Below, one piece after another: positions 50,899 to 59,023 of a stretch of DNA of 59,023 bases; the stretch's first letter is position 1; every line of letters begins with the position of its first letter. The stretch is from Anaerolineae bacterium (GTDB lineage Bacteria > Chloroflexota > Anaerolineae > Epilineales > Epilineaceae). The stretch lies in assembly GCA_044228875.1 (NCBI GenBank), contig JBGAUA010000005.1:1-59023 (forward strand), written 5' to 3'. Below the pieces are notes generated by a model, which was not told where the DNA came from, made no database searches, and was given only the letters and a program-made list of their open reading frames with translations. A program made the position numbers and the translations under genes.

Positions 50899-51195
50899 AT
50901 GATCGCTTCAGCCCTTGGAACCTCCCACATTCTCGCCCAGGCCGCCGACGACAGCCTCGCCCGCATGACCAACATCGGCCCCTTCACCTTGCGCCGCCTG
51001 CAGAGCATCGGCGTCCACAGCCCGGAGATCCTGCGCAGCCTCGGCGCCGTGGCCACCTGGCGCCGCCTCAAGGCCGCCTGGCCCGAGGACACCAACGAGA
51101 CCACGCTCTACGCCATCTACGGGGCGCTTATCGGCGTGCGTTGGGAGAACCTGCCGCCGGAGGTGCAGCGCGAACTGGCCGCCGAAGCGGCCTGA
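50899..51195 (+). CDS. TfoX/Sxy C-terminal domain protein
   Basis: LARMTNIGPFTLRRLQSIGVHSPEILRSLGAVATWRRLK...LYAIYGALIGVRWENLPPEV matches the TfoX_C helix-hairpin-helix pattern. Confidence 0.7.
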   Translation: MIASALGTSHILAQAADDSLARMTNIGPFTLRRLQSIGVHSPEILRSLGAVATWRRLKAAWPEDTNETTLYAIYGALIGVRWENLPPEVQRELAAEAA

Positions 51196-51238
51196 GGCGC
51201 GGAGGAAGGCAGCGCGTACAGGGCGGCGGACAGCGAGC

Positions 51239-51535
51239 CTAAGGCTTCTGCCGCTTCTGTCCGCGGGCCAGGCTGAGGCCTCCGAAGCCGCTGATCACCG
51301 CCATGTAGAAGCCCAGGTCGTACATCAGGCCGCTGTTGGCCGTCTCGTAGATGCGAATGCCCGGCTTGAACCAGCCGTAGATCAGCGAGATGGGCGCCAG
51401 CCAGCCGTGCCAGACGCCCCAGAAGAAACCGGCCGGATCGGCCGCGCTGTTCACCCCGTCGCCGGGGAGGCAGCCGGCGAGCAGCAGGGGCAGGAGCAGG
51501 AGTCCGGCCGGCGCGATGCGTCGTGTACGTGACAT
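51239..51535 (-). CDS. Small lipoprotein / membrane protein
   Basis: MSRTRRIAPAGLLLLPLLLAGC has a basic n-region, an h-region and a lipobox. A hydrophobic C-terminal segment follows. Confidence 0.6.
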   Translation of the reverse strand: MSRTRRIAPAGLLLLPLLLAGCLPGDGVNSAADPAGFFWGVWHGWLAPISLIYGWFKPGIRIYETANSGLMYDLGFYMAVISGFGGLSLARGQKRQKP

Positions 51536-51620
51536 GTCGGGGCTCCGTGTTTGGGTAGGGGGTCGGTGGACCTGCGCGACCGGCATCGACCCTGCGATGC
51601 GCTCCGGTCTCGCCTTGTCC

Positions 51621-53315
51621 TCAGTCCAGTCGCTTCAGGTAGGGCAGGAAGACGCGGACCAGGCCCGGCGTCGCGCTCGGTGCGGGCTGGACAGGCGTGG
51701 CAGTATCCGCCGGGCGGCTGGTGGCCGTGGCCGAAGCCGCGGTCTCGGGCGTGTCGCTCGGCGCCGCCGAAGGGGCGACCGTCGGCGTCGTCGTCGGCGG
51801 CCGGATGGCCGTCGCGGTGTCCGCCGGGCGGGTGGTCGCCGTCGCGGTGGCCGCCGTGGTCGGCACCGCGGGCATCACCTTGGACACCGCGGCGAAGGCG
51901 TCCACCAGCTTCAGGGTGTCGCCCGATTCCGGATGCGTCACGTCGCGGCCCGTGTCCTGCAGCAGGCGCTGGATGTCCGCCGACCGCAGGTCGTCCTTCA
52001 CTTGCGACAGGAGGGCCACGATGCCGGCCACGATCGGCGTGGCGTAGGAGGTGCCGGCGCCGGAGCCCAGGCCGCCGCCCATGGCCGCGTGGGTGATGAT
52101 CAGGCCGGGTGCCAGCACGTCCAGCGAGCGGCCGCGGTCCGTGAAGCAGGCGATGGTGAAGATGTCCGGCTTGTCCTGCCGCGGGCACCACATGCCGCCG
52201 TTGGCCAGGCGCGCCGGCCCGTCGTAGCTCTTGTCGTAGGTGGCCCCCACGCTCATGGCGTTGGAGATGCAGGCCGGGAAGGCCACCCGGTCGGCGTTGC
52301 CGCCGTTGCCGGTGGCCACCACCACGGTGACGCCCTTGCTCACCAGGCGGGCGAAGGCCGCCTTCACCGTGGCGTGGTTGTTGTCGCAGTTGGTGCCGAT
52401 CTCGGCGCCGCCGCCCAGGCTCATGTTGACCGCCTTGACGTTGTGCTCCTTCTGCTTGGTCAGCACCCAGTCCAGGCCGGCCACGATGTCCGGATCGTAG
52501 GCGCCGCCGTTGTCGCGGAAGACGCGGACCGCCAGCAGGCTGGCGCGCGGGGCGATGCCCAGGGCCGTCACCTGCTTGTTGGCCTCGTTGAGGCCCTTGG
52601 TGACGCCGCGGCCCAGGATCATGCTGCTGACCGCCGTCCCATGACCGTACTCGTCCTCGGCATTGTCGCTCTTGGGCAGGCCCCGCGGCGCGCAGCTGCG
52701 CGAGCCCTCGCTGTAGCATTGCTGGGCCACGATGGCCCCTTCGAAGTCCGGGTGGTCGTTGTCGATGCCCGTGTCCAGAACCGCTACGCCCACGCCGGTG
52801 CCGTCCAGGCCCCAGGTCTCGAAGACCTTGTCGGCGCCCACCGTCACCCGGCCTTCCGGCATGAGCGCCGGCCGCAGTGCCGGGCCCAGGGGATAGACCT
52901 TGACCACCTGCTCCACCGAGGCCACACGCGGGTCGGCGGCCAGGCGCCGGAGGCCTTCCGCGTCGGCCCAGGCATGCAGGATGGGGAAGCTGGCATAGCG
53001 GGCCACCACGCGGAGTTCTTCTGGACGGTAGTCCGCTGTCACCGCATCCTGCACCCGCGCCGCGGCGGCCTGCAGCCGCGGCACCGGCGCGTCGTCGGCC
53101 ATGCCGTCGACCAGGCCGATCAGCAGCTCCACCTCGCCTTCGGCCGCGCTGGCGGCCGTGTCCGTGGCGGGGACGAAGAGGCCCGAGGCGGCGCGGGCGA
53201 AGCTGCCCGCCGGCGGCGGCGCGGTGTCGGGACGGGCCGCGGCCGGCAGGGCGGGGGCTACGGCCAGCGCCAGCGCCAGGAACGGCAAGGCGCGGCGGAG
53301 GGGTTGGCTGTGCAT
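51621..53315 (-). CDS. Secreted S8 subtilisin-family serine protease with a P/T-rich C-terminal linker
   Basis: The signal peptide is LPFLALALAVAPALPAAA. The triad blocks are VGVAVLDTGIDNDH, GHGTAVSSMILG and AGTSYATPIVAGIVALL. Confidence 0.9.
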   Translation of the reverse strand: MHSQPLRRALPFLALALAVAPALPAAARPDTAPPPAGSFARAASGLFVPATDTAASAAEGEVELLIGLVDGMADDAPVPRLQAAAARVQDAVTADYRPEELRVVARYASFPILHAWADAEGLRRLAADPRVASVEQVVKVYPLGPALRPALMPEGRVTVGADKVFETWGLDGTGVGVAVLDTGIDNDHPDFEGAIVAQQCYSEGSRSCAPRGLPKSDNAEDEYGHGTAVSSMILGRGVTKGLNEANKQVTALGIAPRASLLAVRVFRDNGGAYDPDIVAGLDWVLTKQKEHNVKAVNMSLGGGAEIGTNCDNNHATVKAAFARLVSKGVTVVVATGNGGNADRVAFPACISNAMSVGATYDKSYDGPARLANGGMWCPRQDKPDIFTIACFTDRGRSLDVLAPGLIITHAAMGGGLGSGAGTSYATPIVAGIVALLSQVKDDLRSADIQRLLQDTGRDVTHPESGDTLKLVDAFAAVSKVMPAVPTTAATATATTRPADTATAIRPPTTTPTVAPSAAPSDTPETAASATATSRPADTATPVQPAPSATPGLVRVFLPYLKRLD

Positions 53316-53500
53316 GGGCTACCTCGGGTACGGGAGCGGCGGCGGGCCGAAGAGGCGCGCGGCGTCCGCTCGGGATGGCGGGAGTCCGCGTCCGGGGGCC
53401 GATCGGCCGGATCCCGGACGCATTCCATTATAGGTGCGCCGCGCCACGCCGCGGGCGCCGCATCGGCGGGGTCGTCGGGTGCGGCCGTCGGCCACCGCGC

Positions 53501-54424
53501 TCAGCGCCGCCCCCGCCGCAGCCGGGGGTCCAGGATGTCGCGCAGGCCGTCGCCCAGCAGGTTGAAGCCCAGAACGGTCAGCATGATGGCCAGGCCCGGC
53601 GCCACCACCAGCCACCATTCGCCGAACAGCTTCTGGCGGTTGTCGGACAGCATCAGGCCCCATTCGGCCAGCGGCGGCTGGGCGCCCAGGCCCAGGAAGC
53701 CCAACCCCGCCGTGTCCAGGATGGCCGTGCCGATGCCCAGGCTGCCCGAGACGATCAAGGGCGAGAGGGCGTTGGGGAGGATGTGGCGCCAGAGGAGCCG
53801 GCCCCGCGAGGCGCCCAAGGCCCGGCTGGCCTCGACATAGTCCTTGTGCACCTCCGCCAGCACCGAGGCGCGCACGATACGCGCGTAGTTGGGGATGGAG
53901 ATGATGCCCACGGCCAGCATCGCGTTGACCAGCCCCTTGCCGATGATCACCACCACGGCCAGGGCCAGCAGCAGGGAAGGGAAGGCCAGCATGATGTCCA
54001 TGAAGCGCATGATCAGCCCGTCCACCCTCCCGCCCCAGAAGCCGGCGACGGCGCCCAGCAGGGTGCCGATGGCGATGGCCAGGCTCACGCTGAGGACGCC
54101 GATGAGCAGGGACACCCGCGCGCCGTAGAGCATGCGGCTGAGCTGGTCGCGACCCAGCTGGTCGGTGCCCAGAGGATGCGTCCACGACGGCGGCTGGAGC
54201 TTCAGCCGCGGCGAGACCGCCCAGACGCCGAAGGGCGGCTGGGGACGCTCCGAGGCAAGCCAGGGCGCCAGGATGGCGCAGGCGGCCAGAAAGCCGATGA
54301 GGATCAGCCCCGCCAGCGCCAGCCTGTGGCCCAGGAGGCGGCGCAGGAACATCGTCGAGTCGCGACGCGGCGCGCCGACCGCGGCGACGGGATGCTCGAC
54401 CAGCTGCGTATCCATGGCGGGCAT
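53501..54424 (-). CDS. ABC transporter permease, DppC/OppC type
   Basis: HPLGTDQLGRD is present, along with the EAA-type loop YVEASRALGASRGRLLWRHILPNA and six TM segments. Confidence 0.9.
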   Translation of the reverse strand: MPAMDTQLVEHPVAAVGAPRRDSTMFLRRLLGHRLALAGLILIGFLAACAILAPWLASERPQPPFGVWAVSPRLKLQPPSWTHPLGTDQLGRDQLSRMLYGARVSLLIGVLSVSLAIAIGTLLGAVAGFWGGRVDGLIMRFMDIMLAFPSLLLALAVVVIIGKGLVNAMLAVGIISIPNYARIVRASVLAEVHKDYVEASRALGASRGRLLWRHILPNALSPLIVSGSLGIGTAILDTAGLGFLGLGAQPPLAEWGLMLSDNRQKLFGEWWLVVAPGLAIMLTVLGFNLLGDGLRDILDPRLRRGRR

Positions 54425-54439
54425 TGTATACCGAAGCGC

Positions 54440-55693
54440 TCAATCCAACTGTTCGAAGACGGCGTGGATCTGCGCCAGGGCCCAGTCCACCTCGTCCGGC
54501 CGGATGCAGAGCGGCGGGGCGATGCGGATGGTGTGGATATGCGTTTCCTTGCAGAGGAGGCCACGGGCCTTGAGCGCCTCGGCGTAGGCGCGTGCGCCGC
54601 CCACCTGTGGCCAGAGCTCGATGCCGATCCACAGCCCGCGCCGGCGGATGGCGGCGATGGACGGCTGCTTGAGGTCTGCCAGGCCCGCGGCGAAGCGTTC
54701 GCCCATCCGGGCGGCGTTCTCCACCAGCCCTTCGTCCGTGAGCACGCGGATGGCGGCGCGGGCTACGGCCGCGCCCAGGGGGTTGCCACCGAAGGTGGAG
54801 CCGTGGTCTCCGGGATGGAAGACATCCATCAAGGCGTCGTCGGACACGAAGGCGGACACGGGGTACAGGCCGCCGCCGAGCGCCTTGCCCAACACCATGC
54901 CGTCGGGCCGCGCATCCTCGTGCTGCCAGGCGAACATCCGGCCGCTGCGCCCCAGTCCGCTCTGGATCTCGTCGAAGATCAGCATCAGCTGTCGTTCGTC
55001 GCAGATCTCGCGGATGCGCTTGAGGCTGCCCGCAGGCGGGATGATCACCCCGGCCTCGCCCTGGATGGGCTCCATGAAGACCGCGACGGTGTTGGGGGTG
55101 ATGGCCGCCTCGATCGCCGCCGGGTCGCCGTAGGGCAGGATGCGGAAGCCGGGGGTGAAGGGGCCGAAGCCGTCGCGGTACTGCGGCTCGTCGGAGAAGC
55201 TGATGATGCTGATGGTGCGGCCGGAGAAGTTGCCGCTGAAGCAGAGGATCTCGGCCTGGCCGTCCGGCACGCCCTTGACCGTGTAGCCCCACTTGCGCAC
55301 GGCCTTCAGCGCCGTCTCCACGGCTTCGGCGCCGGTGTTCATGGGCAGCACGCGGCCAAAGCCGGTGAGCTCGGACAGCTCCTTGCAGAAGGGGCCCAGC
55401 TGGTCGTTGTGGAAGGCGCGGCTGGTCAAGGCCAGGCGTCCGGCCTGCTCGACCAGGGCCTCGACGATGCGCGGATGGTTGTGGCCCTGGTTGACGGCGC
55501 TGTAGGCGGCCAGGCAGTCCAGGTAGCGGTTGCCGTCGATGTCCCAGACCCAGCATCCCTGGGCGCGGGTGAGGACGACGTCCAGCGGGTGGTAGTTGTG
55601 CGCTCCGTAGCGGTCTTCCATCGCCACGAGCTCGCGCGCGGCGGCGTGGGCGGGCCGCGGTGAGGCGGCGCCTGGGTCGGGGCTGGGCAGCAT
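54440..55693 (-). CDS. rocD: Ornithine--oxo-acid aminotransferase (class III PLP aminotransferase)
   Basis: Blocks [56 protein letters not shown] and STFGGNPL are present. Confidence 0.9.
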   Translation of the reverse strand: MLPSPDPGAASPRPAHAAARELVAMEDRYGAHNYHPLDVVLTRAQGCWVWDIDGNRYLDCLAAYSAVNQGHNHPRIVEALVEQAGRLALTSRAFHNDQLGPFCKELSELTGFGRVLPMNTGAEAVETALKAVRKWGYTVKGVPDGQAEILCFSGNFSGRTISIISFSDEPQYRDGFGPFTPGFRILPYGDPAAIEAAITPNTVAVFMEPIQGEAGVIIPPAGSLKRIREICDERQLMLIFDEIQSGLGRSGRMFAWQHEDARPDGMVLGKALGGGLYPVSAFVSDDALMDVFHPGDHGSTFGGNPLGAAVARAAIRVLTDEGLVENAARMGERFAAGLADLKQPSIAAIRRRGLWIGIELWPQVGGARAYAEALKARGLLCKETHIHTIRIAPPLCIRPDEVDWALAQIHAVFEQLD

Positions 55694-55908
55694 CTGCGGG
55701 CCTCTTGGTGCGGGTGGACGGGGCTGGGGCGAATGCTAGGATCCCGGCGGGGGGGCGTCAACAATCGCCGCGGCCGCGGCCCGCCGCAGCCGCTTGCGTC
55801 GCGACCCGTCGAGCGCGCGCTCGGCCAGCGTCCCCCCTTGGTCGACACGCAAGAAGAGGGCCGCCCGCAGGCGGCCCTCTTCGCGTGGTTCGTGCGGCGA
55901 TCGGGATG

Positions 55909-57318
55909 TCAGCGTTCCAGCGACGGAAGGTAGATGCTGCGCTGCGGGGCCTGGGTGGGCACCGCCGTCGCCGGCTCCTGGGTGGGCACTTCCGTGCTGG
56001 GCGGCTCCGGCGTGTCCGTCGGGGACGGAACCGACGGCGTGTCGGTGGGCGGCGGCGCGACCGGCGTGTCGGTGGGCCGCGGTCCGGTGGCAGTCTCCGT
56101 GGGTGCCGGCACGTCCGGCGTGGCCGTCGGCACGGCGGGCGGGAAGTTGTCGCAGAACTCGGGCTTGCCCTTCTCGTAGATGCAGACCTGGGGGTTGGGC
56201 AGGAAGTACTCCAGGTCGGCGCCGCTGACGAAATTGAAGTAGAGCACCGCCTCGTCGCCCAGCTCGATCTTCTGGCCCGCCAGGCCCGGGTCGTCATCCT
56301 TCACGCGCATGCTGTACTCGATGGACTGCCCGCCCGGCCGATGGGTGGAGGCCTTGAAGTTCCAGCAGATGCCGCTGAAGGGATCGTCCTCGTCCGGGTC
56401 GCGCGGCGAGGCGGAGCCGGGGATGAACTCGAAGAGCTGGCGGTTGAAGTAGTCGCAGTAGGATGCATCGTTCATCTTGTCGCCGTAGAGCAGGGCTTCC
56501 GCGGCGGCGTTCCAGACCTCCTGCAGGTCCTTGCCGTCGGCCTGACGGGAGGTCCACATGCCCTGGGTGATGCACTTGTAGCTGTTCAGGCGGCTCTGCG
56601 CCAGGGCCATCTGCACCGCGGCGAACTCGACACCGCCGCGATGCGCGACCTCGCAGGCCTGGCCGGTGGGCACAGGGATGCGCTCCTCGGTGGCCGTGGT
56701 CTCGGGCGCGCCGGAGTCGAACATCACGATGAGGTTGTCCTGCGTCTTGTCATCCACCGGCAGCTGCTGCGTGGCGTCGCGAATGGCCTCGCCGAGGCCG
56801 TTGACCGATCCGGAAGGCTTCAGCCGCAGGTTGTTGTCGATGCGCCTCAGGATCTCATCGCGCGCCGCGGCGCCGCATTGCAGGGGCATCAGCGGCATGG
56901 ACGTGGTCGAGAACACGATCAGTCCGATGCAGGAGCCGTTGCTGTAGTTGACGCGGTTGGCGAAGTCCTTGAGGCCGCGCTTGAGGTTGTTGAGGATGCT
57001 GACCCCGTCGCGCGGGTTGACATCCTGGGACAGGGTGTCGGCGACGGCCAGGATGATGTTGACCTTGCGCGAACGCTGGGCGCACTTGTAGTCGTAGTTC
57101 ACGCGCACGGTGATCTGGTCGCCCTGCTTGACCACCCTGGGCTCCAGGGTGCGGTCGAAGACGATGCCGCAGGGGCGCTCCTCCGGCGGCTCCTCGCCGC
57201 CCTGCAGCGGCGCGACCGGCCCGCTGGCCGCCGCGCCGTTGAGACCGGCGAAGCCCAGCAGGGCCAGGATGGCGGCCATCAAGACGGGGGCCATCCACTT
57301 CTGATGCGATCGGCTCAT
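55909..57318 (-). CDS. Secreted protein with a MIDAS-less vWA-like domain and a P/T-rich C-terminal linker
   Basis: GAGAGGA lies upstream of the ATG, and a signal peptide is present (VLMAAILALLGFAGLNG). VNIILAVADTLSQD occupies the place of D-x-S-x-S. LIVFSTT and LIVMFDSG strands follow. The assignment to the vWA fold is by pattern only. Confidence 0.65.
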   Translation of the reverse strand: MSRSHQKWMAPVLMAAILALLGFAGLNGAAASGPVAPLQGGEEPPEERPCGIVFDRTLEPRVVKQGDQITVRVNYDYKCAQRSRKVNIILAVADTLSQDVNPRDGVSILNNLKRGLKDFANRVNYSNGSCIGLIVFSTTSMPLMPLQCGAAARDEILRRIDNNLRLKPSGSVNGLGEAIRDATQQLPVDDKTQDNLIVMFDSGAPETTATEERIPVPTGQACEVAHRGGVEFAAVQMALAQSRLNSYKCITQGMWTSRQADGKDLQEVWNAAAEALLYGDKMNDASYCDYFNRQLFEFIPGSASPRDPDEDDPFSGICWNFKASTHRPGGQSIEYSMRVKDDDPGLAGQKIELGDEAVLYFNFVSGADLEYFLPNPQVCIYEKGKPEFCDNFPPAVPTATPDVPAPTETATGPRPTDTPVAPPPTDTPSVPSPTDTPEPPSTEVPTQEPATAVPTQAPQRSIYLPSLER

Positions 57319-57546
57319 GGATTCTGTCCTCTCTACCTGTTGGGTTCTGGCTTGGATGCCATTCTACCGTAGGCCAAAGGGTGGCGCAACGGTCCTTTGG
57401 ATGGAAGCGGCGCGGTCGCCCGGACCCGATGCGCCCCGTCGGTGCGGACCCTCATGGGATCGTCCCGCGCCGACCGACGTCTGCCGGCGCCACCGCTTCA
57501 TCACATGGGTAGCGCCTGGCGCCGATCGGGTTGCATCGGTAGGGCG

Positions 57547-58815
57547 TCAACCGCCGTCGCAGCCCGCCATGATCGCGACGGAACGGAAGATCCGCTCCAG
57601 ATCGGCGCCGTCGGGTGACGGGAAGAAGCGGTCGGGGCTGCCGGCGAGCTGCTGGAGGAGGGCGGCGTCGGCTCCCTCGCCCAGGCCGATGGCGAAGACG
57701 GTCAGGCCGGCGGCCCGCGCCCGCGCCGCGGCCGCCAGGGCGGACGCGGGATCGGCGAGGCCGTCGGTGAGCAGGACGACGACGGGCACGCGGCCGGGGC
57801 CGCCGCCGGCGAGGATGTACTGGGCGGCCGCGAGGCCCTGGTCCAGCCGGCTGCCGACCCGCACGTGGCCGTAGATGTCGGCCAGGGCCATGAGCAGCCC
57901 GAGGCGGTTGTCGGAGAGGCCCATGAGCACTTCGCTGCGGCCGCTGAAGGCCACGACGGCGGCGCGGTCGCCGGGGAAGGTGAGGCTGTCGACGAAGGCG
58001 GTTCCGGCGTCCAGGGCCAGCTGCAGCTTGATCTCACCGCCGGCGGCGGGCTCGTGCATGCTTGAGGAGGCGTCGAGCAGGAGCACGACATCGGCGCGGT
58101 GGTCGGTGGGCTTGCAGTGGCGGCGGCCGAGGAAGGGGAGGTACACCGGCCGTAGGGGCTCCGTGGGGCGCGGGCTGGGGCTGGCCGACGGCGTCACGGT
58201 GGCGGTGGGAGTGGCCGATGGGGTGGCGGTGGCCGTGGGCGGGGGAACGCAGTCGATGGCGGCCACCGGCAGCGCGTACACGTAGGGCGAGCCGCGATCG
58301 AAGGTGAGCTCGGCGGTGGCGCCGTCGGAGGAGGGGAAGCGGCCGAGCTGCTTGCAGATGGCCTGGTAGCTGATCTCGAGTCCGCCTTCGGGCCACACGG
58401 CATAGAGCCAGGTGAGGTCGCGGCCGCGCAGGCGGGGCGCGGGGATGCCGGAGCCCCAGCTGTACTCGAAGCCGGTGGCCAGGGTGTCGGTGACGAGGCC
58501 GCCCATGAGCTTGACCTGCGACAGGTCCTTCACGATCTGCTGGAAGAGCCCGGGGTAGCGCCCGGCGATGGTCTCGGTGTAGAAGAAGGCGGGCGAGGTG
58601 GCCATGCGGGTGAGCATGTCATAATCGGCGGCACTGGCGGCGGCGACGGTGACGATGAGGACGCCGTCGTCCTTGGCCTTGGCGGCCTCGGCGAGGGGGA
58701 CGTCGGGACCGTCCTCGTCGGGTCCGCCGGAGACGAGCAGGAGGATCTCCTGCACGCCGGGCGCGCCGGTGCCGCCGGCCCTGCGCGCCGCGCTCGAGGC
58801 GCCCTGCATCCACAC
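57547..58815 (-). CDS. 5'-truncated vWA protein: C-terminal half of one vWA domain, a beta-sandwich-like spacer, a P/T linker and a complete terminal vWA domain
   Basis: The ORF opens with GTG two codons after an in-frame TAG. There is no signal peptide. The first residues (EILLLVSGGPDEDG...VLIVTVAAAS...SPAFFYTE) align by eye to the second half of the vWA domains of gene 17506. The terminal domain has VVLLLDASSSM. Confidence 0.65.
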   Translation of the reverse strand: MWMQGASSAARRAGGTGAPGVQEILLLVSGGPDEDGPDVPLAEAAKAKDDGVLIVTVAAASAADYDMLTRMATSPAFFYTETIAGRYPGLFQQIVKDLSQVKLMGGLVTDTLATGFEYSWGSGIPAPRLRGRDLTWLYAVWPEGGLEISYQAICKQLGRFPSSDGATAELTFDRGSPYVYALPVAAIDCVPPPTATATPSATPTATVTPSASPSPRPTEPLRPVYLPFLGRRHCKPTDHRADVVLLLDASSSMHEPAAGGEIKLQLALDAGTAFVDSLTFPGDRAAVVAFSGRSEVLMGLSDNRLGLLMALADIYGHVRVGSRLDQGLAAAQYILAGGGPGRVPVVVLLTDGLADPASALAAAARARAAGLTVFAIGLGEGADAALLQQLAGSPDRFFPSPDGADLERIFRSVAIMAGCDGG

Positions 58816-59023
58816 GCCGCGCTACGGCACCCGCAGCTCGACGCTCGCCGCGCTCGATCTGCGCAAGGCGCCGAGCGTCGCCGCTGGCCTCGACGAACTC
58901 GCGCGCGCGTCGCTGCAGGCATGCGACAGGGAGTGGCGCGCCGTGGCGCGCGCCCTGTTCTACGCCGAGTGTTATCAGCCGCGGCAGGATCGCGTCGGCG
59001 ACGCCGCCGTCTGCAGCATCGAC

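Noticed and set aside
47497-57372. Long ORFs antisense to the S8 proteases, permease, rocD and the vWA-like gene (47497-50517 +, 51390-53840 +, 53319-55556 -, 53375-55663 +, 55660-57372 +)
   Set aside because: The reasoning is the same: these are shadow ORFs in GC-rich DNA, and the opposite or alternative frames encode recognisable families.

Overview
This is a very GC-rich 59 kb window with about 48 supportable protein-coding genes and no rRNA, tRNA, CRISPR array, transposase or integrase that I could recognise. Ordinary metabolism and housekeeping genes are interleaved with an unusually dense set of secreted proteins. The housekeeping set includes pruA, a CYTH/CHAD-Ppx polyphosphate pair, 2-oxoacid dehydrogenase E1 alpha/beta, trxA, carbamate kinase, rocD, an ECF sigma/anti-sigma pair, VIT1 and MgtC. 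The secreted set includes four vWA-domain proteins plus two vWA remnants, two S8 subtilases, two tandem S9 peptidases, a sulfatase, a SASA-type esterase, a Kelch double propeller, a Cys-rich lipoprotein and an LPXTG protein. The strongest observation is a short protein-level motif, aliphatic-[Y/F/L]-[L/I/F]-P-x-[L/V/M]-x-[R/G]. It recurs ten times: seven times at or within 35 residues of the C-terminus of signal-peptide proteins, and three times at the junction in front of a terminal vWA domain. It matches no sorting signal I can name. Other notable points:
- A 12-C homopolymer separates a good ATG/RBS from the lipobox-bearing body of the Cys-rich lipoprotein.
- A visibly AT-richer island at about 22-27.5 kb ends inside the Kelch gene.
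- An AT-rich array of GCGAAT sites is phased at exactly 23 bp upstream of an HU-like gene.
- There are two toxin-antitoxin-like pairs, one of them frameshifted.
- There are two truncated or chimeric vWA gene remnants.
All family calls rest on motifs read by eye from the translations; no searches were run. Many long antisense ORFs in the track are GC-driven shadows and were rejected.
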